A DNA stretch of 64,000 nt from an uncultured delta proteobacterium. Lineage in GTDB: Bacteria > Myxococcota > Kuafuiibacteriia > Kuafuiibacteriales > Kuafuiibacteriaceae. Shown here piece after piece: positions 21,829-35,980 of this stretch; position 1 is the stretch's first letter, and each line of letters begins with the position of its first letter. The stretch is taken from the NCBI GenBank assembly GCA_963803435.1, contig CAWDML010000001.1, forward strand, positions 2,144,001 through 2,208,000, read 5' to 3'. Below the pieces are notes generated by a model. That model made no database searches. It was not told the DNA's origin and worked only from the letters and a program-made list of their open reading frames with translations. The position numbers were made by a program, and so were the translations under genes.

Positions 21829-22926
21829 ATGAAAATGGCCGTCATCGGCACCGGCGTCATCGGCCGGCTGCGCGCGGAGTCCGTCGTCGAGCACGAGGCG
21901 ACCGAGCTCCTGGGCGTCGCAGACGTGAATCGCGTCGGCGCCGCCGAAACCGCGACTCGGCTGGCCACCCGGCCATTTGGTTCTTATCGAGAAATGATCG
22001 ATGTGCTGAGCCCTCAGGCCGTCATCGTCTCTTCACCCGTGACGCTCCACGAAGAGATGTGTCTGTACGCCCTCGATCGCGGCTGCCACGTGCTCGTCGA
22101 GAAGCCACTCTCGAACTCGGTGGAGTCGTGTCGGCGGATCCTGGAGCGCGCCGAGGAGAAGGGGCTCGCCCTTGGCGTCGGCTTCAATCATCGCTTCTAC
22201 CCGGCGATCCGGTTTCTCAAGCGCGTGCTCGAGGAAGGGAAGATCGGCGCCGTGGATCATGTTCGGATCTACGGCGGCCACGACGGTCTCCCCAACCTTC
22301 GATCCGACTGGATGTTCAAGGGCGAGCTCTCCGGCGGCGGCTCCATGATGGACATCGGCATCCACATGACGGACCTGGCGCGCTTCGTGGCCGGCGAGAT
22401 CGAGTCCGTCTACGGCGCCTCGTCGGGATCGATCTGGAAGGTCCCGGGCTCGGAGGACAACGCGATGGCGATCTTCCACGCGGCCAGCGGCACCCCGATC
22501 ATCTATCAGGCCACCTGGACCGAGTGGCGCGGCTTTCACTGGCACGTCGACGTGTACGGGAGTTTGGGGATGGTGCGCGCCGCTTACGCGCCGATGTTCA
22601 ACATGCTGGTCACGCACGCGCGGCCGGGCGGAAAGCGGAGCAAACGGTACCACCTCTACCCCGAGCTCATCCTCCGCGAGAAGCTGAGGGGCTGGCAGAG
22701 CACGACCAAGCGGACCTTCGCCGACGAGCTCGTCCACTTTCTCCGGATGATCGCGAAGGACCCGACCAGCGAGCTCGCTGACGGCTGGTCCGGTGTGCGG
22801 GCCAACGAGATCGCGCAGGCCGTCTATCGATCGACCACCGAGCGCGCTTTGATCATGCTTCCGCTCCGCAGCGCCCCCAAGCCGAACGGTGCGGCCCATC
22901 AGAGCGGGGTCGCGCCGAGCCGATGA
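21829..22926 (+). CDS. Gfo/Idh/MocA family oxidoreductase
   Basis: [33 protein letters not shown]. Confidence 0.9.
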   Translation: MKMAVIGTGVIGRLRAESVVEHEATELLGVADVNRVGAAETATRLATRPFGSYREMIDVLSPQAVIVSSPVTLHEEMCLYALDRGCHVLVEKPLSNSVESCRRILERAEEKGLALGVGFNHRFYPAIRFLKRVLEEGKIGAVDHVRIYGGHDGLPNLRSDWMFKGELSGGGSMMDIGIHMTDLARFVAGEIESVYGASSGSIWKVPGSEDNAMAIFHAASGTPIIYQATWTEWRGFHWHVDVYGSLGMVRAAYAPMFNMLVTHARPGGKRSKRYHLYPELILREKLRGWQSTTKRTFADELVHFLRMIAKDPTSELADGWSGVRANEIAQAVYRSTTERALIMLPLRSAPKPNGAAHQSGVAPSR

Positions 22927-23846
22927 AGCTGTCGGTGGTCGTCACGATCGTCGACGGCGGAGACGCGCTCGACCGCTGCCTGTCCGCGCTCTCGAACCAG
23001 ATCGAGCCGCCGGAGCTCGAGATCATCGTCCCATACGACGACACCGTTACGCACCTGCCGTCGGATCGCTTCCCGCGGGCCGCGTTCGTCGAGATGGGAC
23101 ACGTCCCCACCGAGAGCGATCCGAGGAGCGCGGCCGGACAACACGAGCTGTTCGACCGGCGGCGCGCGCGCGGGCTCGCGACCGCGAGCGGTGACATCGT
23201 GGCGATCGTGGAGGACCGCGGCGTGCCCACCCTCGAGTGGGCGCGCACGGTCGTTCGGCTCCACAGGGAGCTGCCGCACTCCGTGATCGGGGGCGCCGTG
23301 GAGAACGGTGTGGATCGGCTGCGCAACTGGGCGGTCTACTTCTGCGACTTCGGTCGCTACCAGCCGCCCTTCCCACCGGGCCCCGCGGACTGGGTCACCG
23401 ACGTCAACGTCAGCTACAAGCGGCGGGCCCTCGAGGAGACCGCCGAGCTCTGGAAGGAGCGCTACCACGAGACGACCGTCCACTGGGCGCTGCAGGAGAG
23501 CGGCGAGACGCTGTTCCTCACGCCGGAGCTGGTGGTCGAGCAGGTGCGCGGGAAGGACCATCTGACCGACCTGCTCGGCGAGCGCCTCCACTGGGGCCGG
23601 CTGTTCGCATACACGCGCGTGCGCGCCTCGAGCCCGCTCCGACGCCTCGTTTTACTCGGTGCGTCACCGCTGATCCCGACCGTCATGTTCCTCCGGCAGG
23701 CCCGCCTCCAGGTGAAGAAGCGCAGGCACCTCGGGCGCTTCGTCGCAGCCTCCCCCGGTGTGGCTGCGCTCCTCGCGTTCTGGGGCGCCGGCGAGGCGAT
23801 CGGATACCTAACCGGGAGACCTTCTGCTAGGAGAGGCGGCTCATGA
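22923..23846 (+). CDS. Glycosyltransferase family 2-like protein (paralog of 20916..21797)
   Basis: MKLSVVVTI, GDIVAIVEDR, IGGAVEN, WA...C, WGAGE..GY shared with the divergent GT. Confidence 0.8.
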   Translation: MKLSVVVTIVDGGDALDRCLSALSNQIEPPELEIIVPYDDTVTHLPSDRFPRAAFVEMGHVPTESDPRSAAGQHELFDRRRARGLATASGDIVAIVEDRGVPTLEWARTVVRLHRELPHSVIGGAVENGVDRLRNWAVYFCDFGRYQPPFPPGPADWVTDVNVSYKRRALEETAELWKERYHETTVHWALQESGETLFLTPELVVEQVRGKDHLTDLLGERLHWGRLFAYTRVRASSPLRRLVLLGASPLIPTVMFLRQARLQVKKRRHLGRFVAASPGVAALLAFWGAGEAIGYLTGRPSARRGGS

Positions 23847-24760
23847 AGCGGGCGGTGGAGTGGTGCTCGGGCGTCGGTGCGGGCGCGCTCTCGTTTCTCT
23901 ATCTGATCTTCGTGCTCAACCCGATCCAGATGGTGAGCGTCGTGATCTATCCCTTCTCGCGCCGCCTCTTCCGCGCCGTGAACCGGTGGTGCGCGCGCTC
24001 GATCTGGGGGCTCTGGGTGATCATGGCCGAGCGCCAGAACCGGATCCAGGTACGCATCACCGGAGACCCGGTCCCGCGCCGAGAGAACGCGCTGGTCCTC
24101 CCCAATCATCAGAGCATGGCGGACGTGATGCTGATGATGTGCTTCGCCTGGCGCTGCGGCCGGCTCGGTGACATGAAGTTCTTCGTCAAGGACATCGTGA
24201 AATGGTTCCCGGGCTTCGGCTGGGGCATGAAGTTCCTCGACTGCATCTTCGTCAAGCGCGACTGGGCCCGCGACCGACGCTCCATTCACCAGCTCTTCGA
24301 GAAGTACAAGCGCGAGAGCATCCCGATCTTCCTGGTCTCCTTCCTCGAGGGCACCCGCCGTACCGACGAGAAGCACGCCCACGCCCAGCGCTTCGCCAGC
24401 GAGCGCGGCCTCTACTGTCCCGCACACACGCTCATCCCCCGCACCAAGGGCTTCGTCGCCACCATCATCGGCCTCGGAGACCACCTCGACGCCGTCTACG
24501 ACCTCACCATCGGCTACCCCGACGGCGTCCCCACCCTCGTCAACTGCTTCGAGGCCCGCGTGAAGCGCGTCGAGGTCCACGTCCGCCGCTACGCTGTCGC
24601 CGACCTCCCCACCGACGAGGTCGCCCTCGAGGCCTGGGTGTTCGACCGCTTCAAAGAGAAGGACGCCCTCCTCGCCCGCCTCGCCGAGCAAGAGCGCTTC
24701 CCGGGGGACGGCACGACGGATCGGATCCGCGTCAGGGATTGGTTCCGCGCGGAGGCGTGA
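23843..24760 (+). CDS. Lysophospholipid acyltransferase (AGPAT/LCLAT1/YihG-like)
   Basis: NHQSMAD (HX4D), FVKRDW, FLEGTR, PRTKGF, YDLTIGY. Confidence 0.9.
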   Translation: MKRAVEWCSGVGAGALSFLYLIFVLNPIQMVSVVIYPFSRRLFRAVNRWCARSIWGLWVIMAERQNRIQVRITGDPVPRRENALVLPNHQSMADVMLMMCFAWRCGRLGDMKFFVKDIVKWFPGFGWGMKFLDCIFVKRDWARDRRSIHQLFEKYKRESIPIFLVSFLEGTRRTDEKHAHAQRFASERGLYCPAHTLIPRTKGFVATIIGLGDHLDAVYDLTIGYPDGVPTLVNCFEARVKRVEVHVRRYAVADLPTDEVALEAWVFDRFKEKDALLARLAEQERFPGDGTTDRIRVRDWFRAEA

Positions 24761-24813
24761 GCATCCGAAGTCCGGCCCTAAACCCCTCCCGAGCTCGGCC
24801 GATTCTCCCCGTG

Positions 24814-25347
24814 ATGCGCACGATCGCCGCCCTCGCCCTCTCCTTTACCGCCCTCGCCTGTTATCCGCAGGATCTCCCGCAGGGCCTTGCCGTACGGCCG
24901 GATGCGGATGGGGAGGTGGCGGCGGAGCCGGCGGAGCTGCATGTGATGTTGAGCGCGAGTGGGGTCTCGGAGGGGCTGTCGGTGTCGCTGGCAGAGGTGG
25001 AGCTGGAGTCGGGGGGCGCGTGGATGCCGGCGCTCGGGGCGGTTCACTCGTACGACTTGGCGTCGTTGGCGGAGCCGGCCGAGCTGTTGGCGGTGGAGCT
25101 GCCGGAGCAGGCGAGCGGGGAGATGCGGCTGGTGTTCTTGGATGCGTGGCGGATGGTCGGCGGGGAGTATGAGCAGGTCGAGGTCTCCGAGCCGGACGTG
25201 CTCGTGCCGACGCTCTTTCCGGTGGAGGCGGGGCGCGAGACGACGGTGTACCTGGAGCTCGATGCGTCGCGGTCGCTCACGACCGATGCGTCGGGGAGGA
25301 TGGCGCTGGCGCCGGTCGTGAACGTCAAGGCGATGTCCGTACGATGA
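24814..25347 (+). CDS. DUF4382-like lipoprotein
   Basis: Lipobox ALAC, YDL..L, EMRLV, F.VEAGRETTVYLELDASRSL...LAPVV. Confidence 0.68.
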   Translation: MRTIAALALSFTALACYPQDLPQGLAVRPDADGEVAAEPAELHVMLSASGVSEGLSVSLAEVELESGGAWMPALGAVHSYDLASLAEPAELLAVELPEQASGEMRLVFLDAWRMVGGEYEQVEVSEPDVLVPTLFPVEAGRETTVYLELDASRSLTTDASGRMALAPVVNVKAMSVR

Positions 25348-26326
25348 TCTTGCCGCGCGCGCGGCCGGACTCCGAACGCGTGTGGGCTTCGACGATCTGC
25401 TCCAGAGGTAGGACCGAGTCGACGACCGGGCGGATGACGCCCGACTCCACCAGCTCGGTGATCTTCCCCAGCGTGACGCCGTCCGAGCGACGGAGGACGT
25501 GGGATACCTTCACACGCCGGGTCAGGAACGTGCCGATCGCGAAGCGCGCCGAGTCCGTCACGGCGCCGGCGAGGCCCAGGTACGGTCCGTGGCGGGCCAC
25601 GTTCTCCGGGATCCCGCTGTTGAGCATGATCAAGGTGCCGCCGCTCCGGAGGACGCGCAGCGTGCGGGATTCGGTGTCGATCCCGGAGGCGTCGATCGCG
25701 ACGTCGAGCTCCGAGAGCACCTCCTCGAAGGGCTGCGTGCGGTAGTCGATCGGCTGGTCGGCCCCGAGCGAGCGGACCAGCTCGAAGTTCCGCTCGCTGC
25801 ACGTGGTGGCCACCCAGGCGCCGAGGTGCTTGGCGAGCTGGATGGCGACGTTGCCCACGCCGCCGGAGCCGGCCTGGATCAGCACGCGCTGGCCGCCGCG
25901 AAGATGGGCCTTCTCCACCAGCGACTCCCAGGCGGTGAGCGCCACCATCGGGATCCCGGCGGCCTCCTCGTGGCTGACGTTCCGGGGCTTCCGCGCGCAC
26001 GCACGCTCGTCGATCGCCACCATCTCGGCGTAGCAGCCCGGCCGGCGGTGCGTGGGAGAGGCGTAGACCTCGTCGCCCACCTGAAAGCGAGTCACGCCGG
26101 CGCCCACCTCGCGGACGACACCCGAGACGTCGAGCCCGAGGATCCAGGGCAGCGGGAAGCGGAGCGCGCCCCGAAACGCACCGCCGCGCATCTTGGTGTC
26201 GACCGGGTTGACGCCGGCGGCGCGCACCTCGATCAGGAGATCGCGGACGCCGACCACCGGCGCCGGCATGTCCTCGATCCGTAAGACCTCCGGCCTGCCG
26301 TACTCACGGATGACCGCGGCCCTCAT
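25325..26326 (-). CDS. NADP-dependent oxidoreductase (MDR/quinone reductase-like)
   Basis: AAGVNPVD, GLDVSGVV, VLIQAGSGGVG..AIQLAK, GRARGKII. Confidence 0.92.
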   Translation of the reverse strand: MRAAVIREYGRPEVLRIEDMPAPVVGVRDLLIEVRAAGVNPVDTKMRGGAFRGALRFPLPWILGLDVSGVVREVGAGVTRFQVGDEVYASPTHRRPGCYAEMVAIDERACARKPRNVSHEEAAGIPMVALTAWESLVEKAHLRGGQRVLIQAGSGGVGNVAIQLAKHLGAWVATTCSERNFELVRSLGADQPIDYRTQPFEEVLSELDVAIDASGIDTESRTLRVLRSGGTLIMLNSGIPENVARHGPYLGLAGAVTDSARFAIGTFLTRRVKVSHVLRRSDGVTLGKITELVESGVIRPVVDSVLPLEQIVEAHTRSESGRARGKIIVRTSP

Positions 26327-27354
26327 CGCCCCTTCTCGGGAGCGAGCCCGACACCTTGCTGGAACGTGCCACCGCCGTTGCGCTTGATCTGCTCGTCGGA
26401 CACGCGGTTCACGACCGAGAGCCGGATGACGTTCTTGTGTGCGGACTCGAGCTCCAGCATCCCCTTGAGCACGTCCTCGGGGAGCCCCCGCTCGAGCTTC
26501 GCCTTGTCCTTCTGCCCGCCGTAGAGCTCGTAGATGACCACGGCGCGCTCGACACCGATCGCACGGAAGCGGAGGTGCTGCTTCTCTACGGCGTCGACGT
26601 ACTCGAACATCAGCCGGCGGTTCTCGCGCTCGACCTCGCCCAGCAGCTGCGCGCGGCGCTGCAGGCTCTCATAGGTGGCCACCTTCGGCATCACCACCGA
26701 GAGCGCCTCCGCTTCGGGCTTCAACGACAGCCACTGCTGATCGAGCTTTGCGATCTGATCGCGGAGCGCGCCGGCGCCGCAGAAGCCGAGCTGCGATTCG
26801 ATCCCGCTGGTGTCCTTGGGCGGTGGAAGCGGCGTGGGGTCGACGTCGACCGGGACCTCGACCACCGACGCGCGCATCAGCTCGAGGAGCCACCTGCCCT
26901 TCTCGTCCTTGAGGAACGTGACGAGCTTGAAGAGGGGCGGAGCCACGGCCAGGAGGCGCAGCTGCTCGAAGGCCTTCTGGTCGCTGTTCTCGCTGAACTG
27001 GATCCGCCACAGCGTCTCGCTGATGCCGCTCTCGCCGCCGGTCTCGCCCACGTCCGAGACCTGGCGGGTGGTCCGCTCGATCGTCGCGCCGGGCACCTTG
27101 GCGACTCGCGCGTCGAGCTCCTCCTTGAGCTTGGACTCCGGCAGATCGAGCCCGAGCTCGGCCTTGGTCTTCTTGGCCGCGGCCTCACGCTCGTTCATGC
27201 GCTTCTCGCTCTGCGCCTTGAGCGCGATGCGCCCCTTGGCGCTGGCGATGGCGCGCTCGTAGTTGGCCTTGATCTCGCGGAGCTGCTTGCACTCCTGGTT
27301 GTCCCCGCAAGAGAGGACCAGAGGAAGAAAGAGGATCAATTGCGTCGTCTTCAT
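26323..27354 (-). CDS. Hypothetical lipoprotein with coiled-coil segments
   Basis: MKTTQLILFLPLVLSC lipobox; lies in operon order after dapD. Confidence 0.75.
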   Translation of the reverse strand: MKTTQLILFLPLVLSCGDNQECKQLREIKANYERAIASAKGRIALKAQSEKRMNEREAAAKKTKAELGLDLPESKLKEELDARVAKVPGATIERTTRQVSDVGETGGESGISETLWRIQFSENSDQKAFEQLRLLAVAPPLFKLVTFLKDEKGRWLLELMRASVVEVPVDVDPTPLPPPKDTSGIESQLGFCGAGALRDQIAKLDQQWLSLKPEAEALSVVMPKVATYESLQRRAQLLGEVERENRRLMFEYVDAVEKQHLRFRAIGVERAVVIYELYGGQKDKAKLERGLPEDVLKGMLELESAHKNVIRLSVVNRVSDEQIKRNGGGTFQQGVGLAPEKGR

Positions 27355-27355
27355 C

Positions 27356-28207
27356 TCATCTCAGCGCTTCTTCGAGCGTGGTAGCGGCGTCGGTCTTGCC
27401 GTCCCGATATTTCACGATCAGGGGGGTATAGAGTTGCAAGCCATGTTCCCGCGCAAAATCGCCGCTCGCGGGCCGGCTGCCGGGTACCACCACGGCGCCC
27501 TCGGGGATCGTGAGCGGGCGATCGCCCTCGCGCTGATAGGTGGTGCCCTTCACCAGGTCGTAGACGCGCGTGGAGCCGTTCAGGATCACGCCAGTGCCGA
27601 TCACCGCCCGCTCCTTCACGATCGTCCCCTCGTAGATTCCGCAGTTTCCGCCGACCACCACGTGGTCCTCGACGATCACCGGGAGCGCGCCGACCGGCTC
27701 GAGCACGCCGCCGATCTGGACCGCGGCCGACAGATGCACGCGCTTGCCGATCTGCGCGCAGCTCCCCACCAGCACGTGGCTGTCGACCACTGTCTCCTCG
27801 CCGACGTAGGCGCCGATGTTGATGTACGACGGCGGCATCACGATCACGTTCTCGCCGACGAACGCGCCGTCGCGCACGCAGTTGCCTCCGGGCACCAGCC
27901 GGACCTTGCTGGTGGAGAAGAACACCCGCGTCGGGAGCGTGTGCTTGTCGAAGAACTTGATCTGCGGGTTGAAGCCCTGGATCTCGAGGAGCTGCCCCAG
28001 ACGGAAGCCGGCGAGCAGCGCCTTCTTGTACCAGAGGTTGACCGTCCAGCTGCCGTCGGGCTGCCGCTCCGCGCAGCGGATCAATCCCAGGTTGGTGGCC
28101 TCGCGCAGCTCCGCGAAGAGCGCGCGATCCTCGGGAACATACTCATCCGCCTTCTTCTCACCGAGCTCGGTGAGGACGCGGATCAGCTCCTTGATCGGTC
28201 TGGGCAT
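27356..28207 (-). CDS. dapD: Tetrahydrodipicolinate N-succinyltransferase
   Basis: [45 protein letters not shown]. Confidence 0.93.
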   Translation of the reverse strand: MPRPIKELIRVLTELGEKKADEYVPEDRALFAELREATNLGLIRCAERQPDGSWTVNLWYKKALLAGFRLGQLLEIQGFNPQIKFFDKHTLPTRVFFSTSKVRLVPGGNCVRDGAFVGENVIVMPPSYINIGAYVGEETVVDSHVLVGSCAQIGKRVHLSAAVQIGGVLEPVGALPVIVEDHVVVGGNCGIYEGTIVKERAVIGTGVILNGSTRVYDLVKGTTYQREGDRPLTIPEGAVVVPGSRPASGDFAREHGLQLYTPLIVKYRDGKTDAATTLEEALR

Positions 28208-28240
28208 GGGGCCTCTCTAGCCCACATGCCCGATGTTTTG

Positions 28241-28777
28241 CTACCGAATGATCTCGACGCTCTGGAGGACGATGTCCTTCAGCGGGCGGTCGCCGCGATC
28301 GGTCTCGGCGGCCTCCATCTTCTTCACCACGTCCATCCCGTTGACGACCTCACCAAAGACGGTGTGCCGATTGTCGAGATGCGGGGTCGCGACGAAGGTG
28401 ATGAAGAATTGGCTGCCGTTCGTCCCCGGCCCCGCGTTGGCCATCGAGAGGATCCCCGGCTTCGTGTGCTTCAGGCTCGCGACGAACTCGTCCGCGAACT
28501 TGTAGCCCGGCCCGCCCCGACCCGTGCCCGTGGGATCGCCGCCCTGGGCCATGAAGCCCTTGATGATGCGATGGAAGATCACGTCCTTGTAGAGCGGTCC
28601 GTCGCCGGCATCTCCGCTCGGCTGCGTCCAGTCCACGGTGCCCTCGGCGAGGCCGACGAAGTTGCCGACGGTCTTCGGACATTGCTGCGAAAACAGCTTG
28701 ACCTCGATGTCGCCAAAATTGGTCTTGAGCCGGGCCCCTTTGACGTCGCTGACGTCGGGGAAGTTCGGTGCTGCCAT
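28241..28777 (-). CDS. Cyclophilin-type peptidyl-prolyl isomerase
   Basis: [49 protein letters not shown]. Confidence 0.95.
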   Translation of the reverse strand: MAAPNFPDVSDVKGARLKTNFGDIEVKLFSQQCPKTVGNFVGLAEGTVDWTQPSGDAGDGPLYKDVIFHRIIKGFMAQGGDPTGTGRGGPGYKFADEFVASLKHTKPGILSMANAGPGTNGSQFFITFVATPHLDNRHTVFGEVVNGMDVVKKMEAAETDRGDRPLKDIVLQSVEIIR

Positions 28778-28824
28778 GATGCGCCCCGTCTAACCCGCGC
28801 CGGGTCCGAGGTCAAAGCGAGTTC

Positions 28825-30072
28825 ATGACGCACGATGCCACAGCCGGCCGACCCCGTTCCGCCTGGAGCAACCCGCGGATCTTTCACATGGCGTCGCTGT
28901 CGTTCTTCGGCGCGGTCCCCCTCCAGATCGTCGTCAACACGATGCCGACATGGCTGGCCAGCTTCGGCGTCCGCGCCGCCGATATCGGCCTGTTCGCCCT
29001 GGCCACGCTGCCCTGGAGCTTCAAGTTCGTCTGGTCGCCGCTCATCGATCGCTTTCGCCCGTCCTTCGGCGGCCGCCGCCGCGGCTGGATGCTGATCGCG
29101 CAGGTCGCCTTGCTCTTCGCCATCGCCCTGGTGCCGTTCGTCGAGCCGAGCGAAGCGACGATCGTCATCGCTGTAGGGTTCGTGATCGCGTTCTTCTCAG
29201 CCACCCAGGACATCGCCATGGACGCGTACGCGGTGGAGCTGATGGAGGTCCACGAGCAGGGCCCCGGTAACGCGCTGCGCACCACGTTCTACCGGATCGG
29301 AATGCTGGCCGCCGGCGGCGTGGCGATCGCCGCGGCCGGCGTGTTCCCCTGGCGTTACGTGTTCATCGGCCTTGCCCTGGCGATGCTGCCGGGGATGCTC
29401 CTCGTGGCTACCGCTGCCGAGCCGCCCGCGAAGCAGACCGAGGTCACCTCGCTCGGCGACGCGATCGTCGATCCCTTCGTCCAGTTCTTCTCCCGGAAGG
29501 GCGCCGTCTCGTTCGCGCTCTTCATCCTCTTCTACAAGTTCGGCGACAACATGGTGCAGTCGATCCTGTCGCCGTTCTTCGTGCAGGAGCTGAAGGTCTC
29601 GCTGGTGGAGATCGGGTTCGCCCAGAAGACCGTCGGCATGGCCGCGACCATCGCCGGCACGCTCCTGGGCGGCGCTCTGATCCCGCGCCTCGGGCTGGGC
29701 CGCTCGCTCTGGGGCTTCGGCCTGCTCCAGGCCACCGTCAACCTCACCTACGCCGCCACCGCGTGGACCCACGGTGCGCGCCCGATCATGTACACCGCGA
29801 TCGCGCTGGAGTACGGCTGCGCGGGGCTGACCACCGCCGCGCTGCTCACGCTGATCACGCGCCTCTGCGACAAGCGCCTCGCGGCCACCCAGTTCGCGCT
29901 CCTCACCAGCGTCTACGGGCTCGGACGCACCCTGGCCGGACCCCCGAGCGGTTACCTGGTCGAACAGCTCGGCTACGCCACGTTCTTCCTGATCACGATG
30001 ATCGCCGCCGTACCAGGGCTCGTGCTCTTGTTCCTGATCATCCCGCCGACGCAGCGAGAGCCCGAGATCTGA
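28825..30072 (+). CDS. ampG: AmpG-family muropeptide MFS transporter
   Basis: PWSFKFVWSPLID, GRRRGW, SATQDIAMDAY, LFYKFGD, ATQFALLTS. Confidence 0.88.
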   Translation: MTHDATAGRPRSAWSNPRIFHMASLSFFGAVPLQIVVNTMPTWLASFGVRAADIGLFALATLPWSFKFVWSPLIDRFRPSFGGRRRGWMLIAQVALLFAIALVPFVEPSEATIVIAVGFVIAFFSATQDIAMDAYAVELMEVHEQGPGNALRTTFYRIGMLAAGGVAIAAAGVFPWRYVFIGLALAMLPGMLLVATAAEPPAKQTEVTSLGDAIVDPFVQFFSRKGAVSFALFILFYKFGDNMVQSILSPFFVQELKVSLVEIGFAQKTVGMAATIAGTLLGGALIPRLGLGRSLWGFGLLQATVNLTYAATAWTHGARPIMYTAIALEYGCAGLTTAALLTLITRLCDKRLAATQFALLTSVYGLGRTLAGPPSGYLVEQLGYATFFLITMIAAVPGLVLLFLIIPPTQREPEI

Positions 30073-30124
30073 CCGCGTGTTTCCTTGGTCGATCCCGACC
30101 ACCTGTGCTAACCGCTCCACTCCC

Positions 30125-33700
<3,576 letters not shown>

Positions 33701-33719
33701 TGCTATACCCGAGGGACGT

Positions 33720-35947
33720 GTGTGGTTCCTTCTGATCACGCCTCTGGTCGGCGGGATCGCCTGCTTCTCGCTGGCGCACTGGATCTTCCTCCAGGACCCG
33801 CACCATCCCCTCAACCGTCTCGCCGGCGCGACCTTCCTCCTGTCCTCGTTCTTCTTCTTCTTCGAGATCGGGCAGCGCGCGGGACCGACACCGCAGATCG
33901 CCTCTCTGTTCCTCGATCTTCAGGCGATCGCGTTTCCGGCGCTCGCGCTCTATCTCCACTTCGTATGGTCGTGGACGCGGCGTGATCGCACTCGCCTGCA
34001 CAAGCCCTTCCTGATCGCGCTGTACGGCTCGGCGCTCGCCCTCATGGTCCTGCACCCGTATCTCGGGTTCTTCGGCCGCGTGGTCTGGCGCTCCGAGCTC
34101 GGCATGTGGGGCATCGACACGCGGCATCTCCGGCTCATCCAGTATCTCGGGTTGGCGTGGATCATCGGCGCTGGCCTGGTGTGGACCTGGTTGGGCGCCT
34201 CGTTCTATTTCGTCCGCCTCGACGACCGGCGCCAGCGGAAGAACCACCGTCTGGTCTTCTTCGCCACGCAGATCCCGCTGCTGCTCACCATCCTCTTCGA
34301 CGCCGTACCGGCCGCCCTCGGCCTGGGCACGCCCTCGATGACGTCGGTCTATTTCGCGATCGGCGCCGGGTTCTTGGTGATCGGCATGCAACGCCAGCGT
34401 CTGTTCACGATGTCGCCGGCCGCGGCCTCGCGCGAGATCATCGCCTCGATGTCGGAAGCGCTCGTGCTCGCCGCCGCAGATGGCGTGATTCACGTGGTGA
34501 ATCAGTCGCTCTGTACGCTCACCGGCCGGACCGAGCGCGAGCTCATCGGGACGCGGATCGAGTCGCTCTTCGCCGACTGGCCCGTCGAGCTGATCATCGA
34601 CGAAGCGCTGGAGATGCAGCACGGCCGCGAGGGACAGCTTCGCAGCGCGCATGGGACGACGATCCCGGTGCTCTTCTCGGTGTCGCCGATCCGGGAGAAG
34701 ACCGGCGCGGTGTACGGCGTGGTCTGCACGCTGCTCGACATCACCGAGCAGAAGCGGGTCGAAGAGGAGCTCCGCAACGCGCGCGACAGCGCCGAAGCGG
34801 CCAGCCGCGCCAAGTCCGCCTTCCTCGCCACCATGAGCCACGAGATCCGCACGCCGATGAACGGCGTGATCGGGATGGCCGACCTCCTCGAGACCACGCC
34901 CCTGACCCCCGAGCAGGCCATGTACGTGCGGACGATCCGCAGCAGCGGCGACGCGCTCCTCGCCATCATCAACGACGTACTCGACTTCTCGAAGATCGAG
35001 GCCGGCCGAATCGACCTCGAGCCGCGTCCGGTCGTGCTCCGCGATCTGGTGGGTGAGGCCATCGAGCTGTTCGCGGCCCGCGCCAGAGAGAAGGGGCTGC
35101 GACTCCTCTCATCGGTCGAGACCGGGGTCCCCGGGGCCGTCGAGTCGATCCGACGCGGCTCAAGCAGGTGCTCTCCAACCTGCTCTCCAACGCGCTCAAG
35201 TTCACCACTGCCGGCGAGATTCGAGCTGACGCTCCTGAGCCGTCCGGTTCCCGGAGATCGGACCGTGCTCTACTGGTCGGTCCGCGACACCGGCATCGGG
35301 ATCCCCGAGGACAACCTCGGTCGTCTGTTCCGGGCCTTCTCGCAGGGCGACTCCTCGATCACCCGGAAGTTCGGCGGCACCGGTCTCGGGCTCGCGATCA
35401 GCCAGCGGCTGGTCGAGCTGATGGGCGGAAAGATCCGGGTCGAGACCAGGGAGGGCCGCGGGTCGGTCTTCCGCTTCACGCTGACGCCCCCGCTCGCCAC
35501 GCCACCGCCGCTGGAGTCACCGCGCCCGCACCTCTCCTTCGACGGGAGCAACGGTCGTGTCCTGGTGGTCGAAGACGATCCCGGTAACCGGCGTGTCGCC
35601 CGGCTGATGCTCCACAAGCTGGGATTCGAGGTGGACCTGGTGCGGAACGGCCGCGAGGCGGTCGAGGCGATCGAGGACCGGCCGTACGAGCTGGTGCTCA
35701 TGGATGTGCAGATGCCGGAGATGGACGGACTGGAGGCCACCCGTGAGATTCCGCACCCGAAACCCGGACGCCGCCATCTACATCATCGCCGTCACCGCCA
35801 ACGCCTCCAGCAACGAGCGTGCGATTCTGCTTGGACGCAGGCATGGACGCCTACCTCACCAAACCGCTCCGCCCCGAGGAGCTCCAGCGGACGCTGAACG
35901 AGGCGCTGGCACGCCTGGCGCGTCTCGCCGAGCCGGCCTCTGCTTGA
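33720..35947 (+). CDS. Hybrid sensor histidine kinase (7TM-PAS-HisKA-HATPase-REC) with four single-base indels
   Basis: [43 protein letters not shown]. Correcting indels at ~35145, 35218-22, 35747-51 and 35823-27 restores [20 protein letters not shown] and IIAVTANA...[14 protein letters not shown], ending at TGA 35947. Confidence 0.85.
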
Positions 35948-35980
35948 AAGCCGGAGTCCTGTTAGGATCACCGGCCAACG

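Noticed and set aside
33720-35947. Histidine kinase as a true pseudogene or programmed frameshift
   Set aside because: All motifs are intact after single-base fixes, there are no slippery sites, and the indels sit at GATC. Sequencing error is more likely but unproven.
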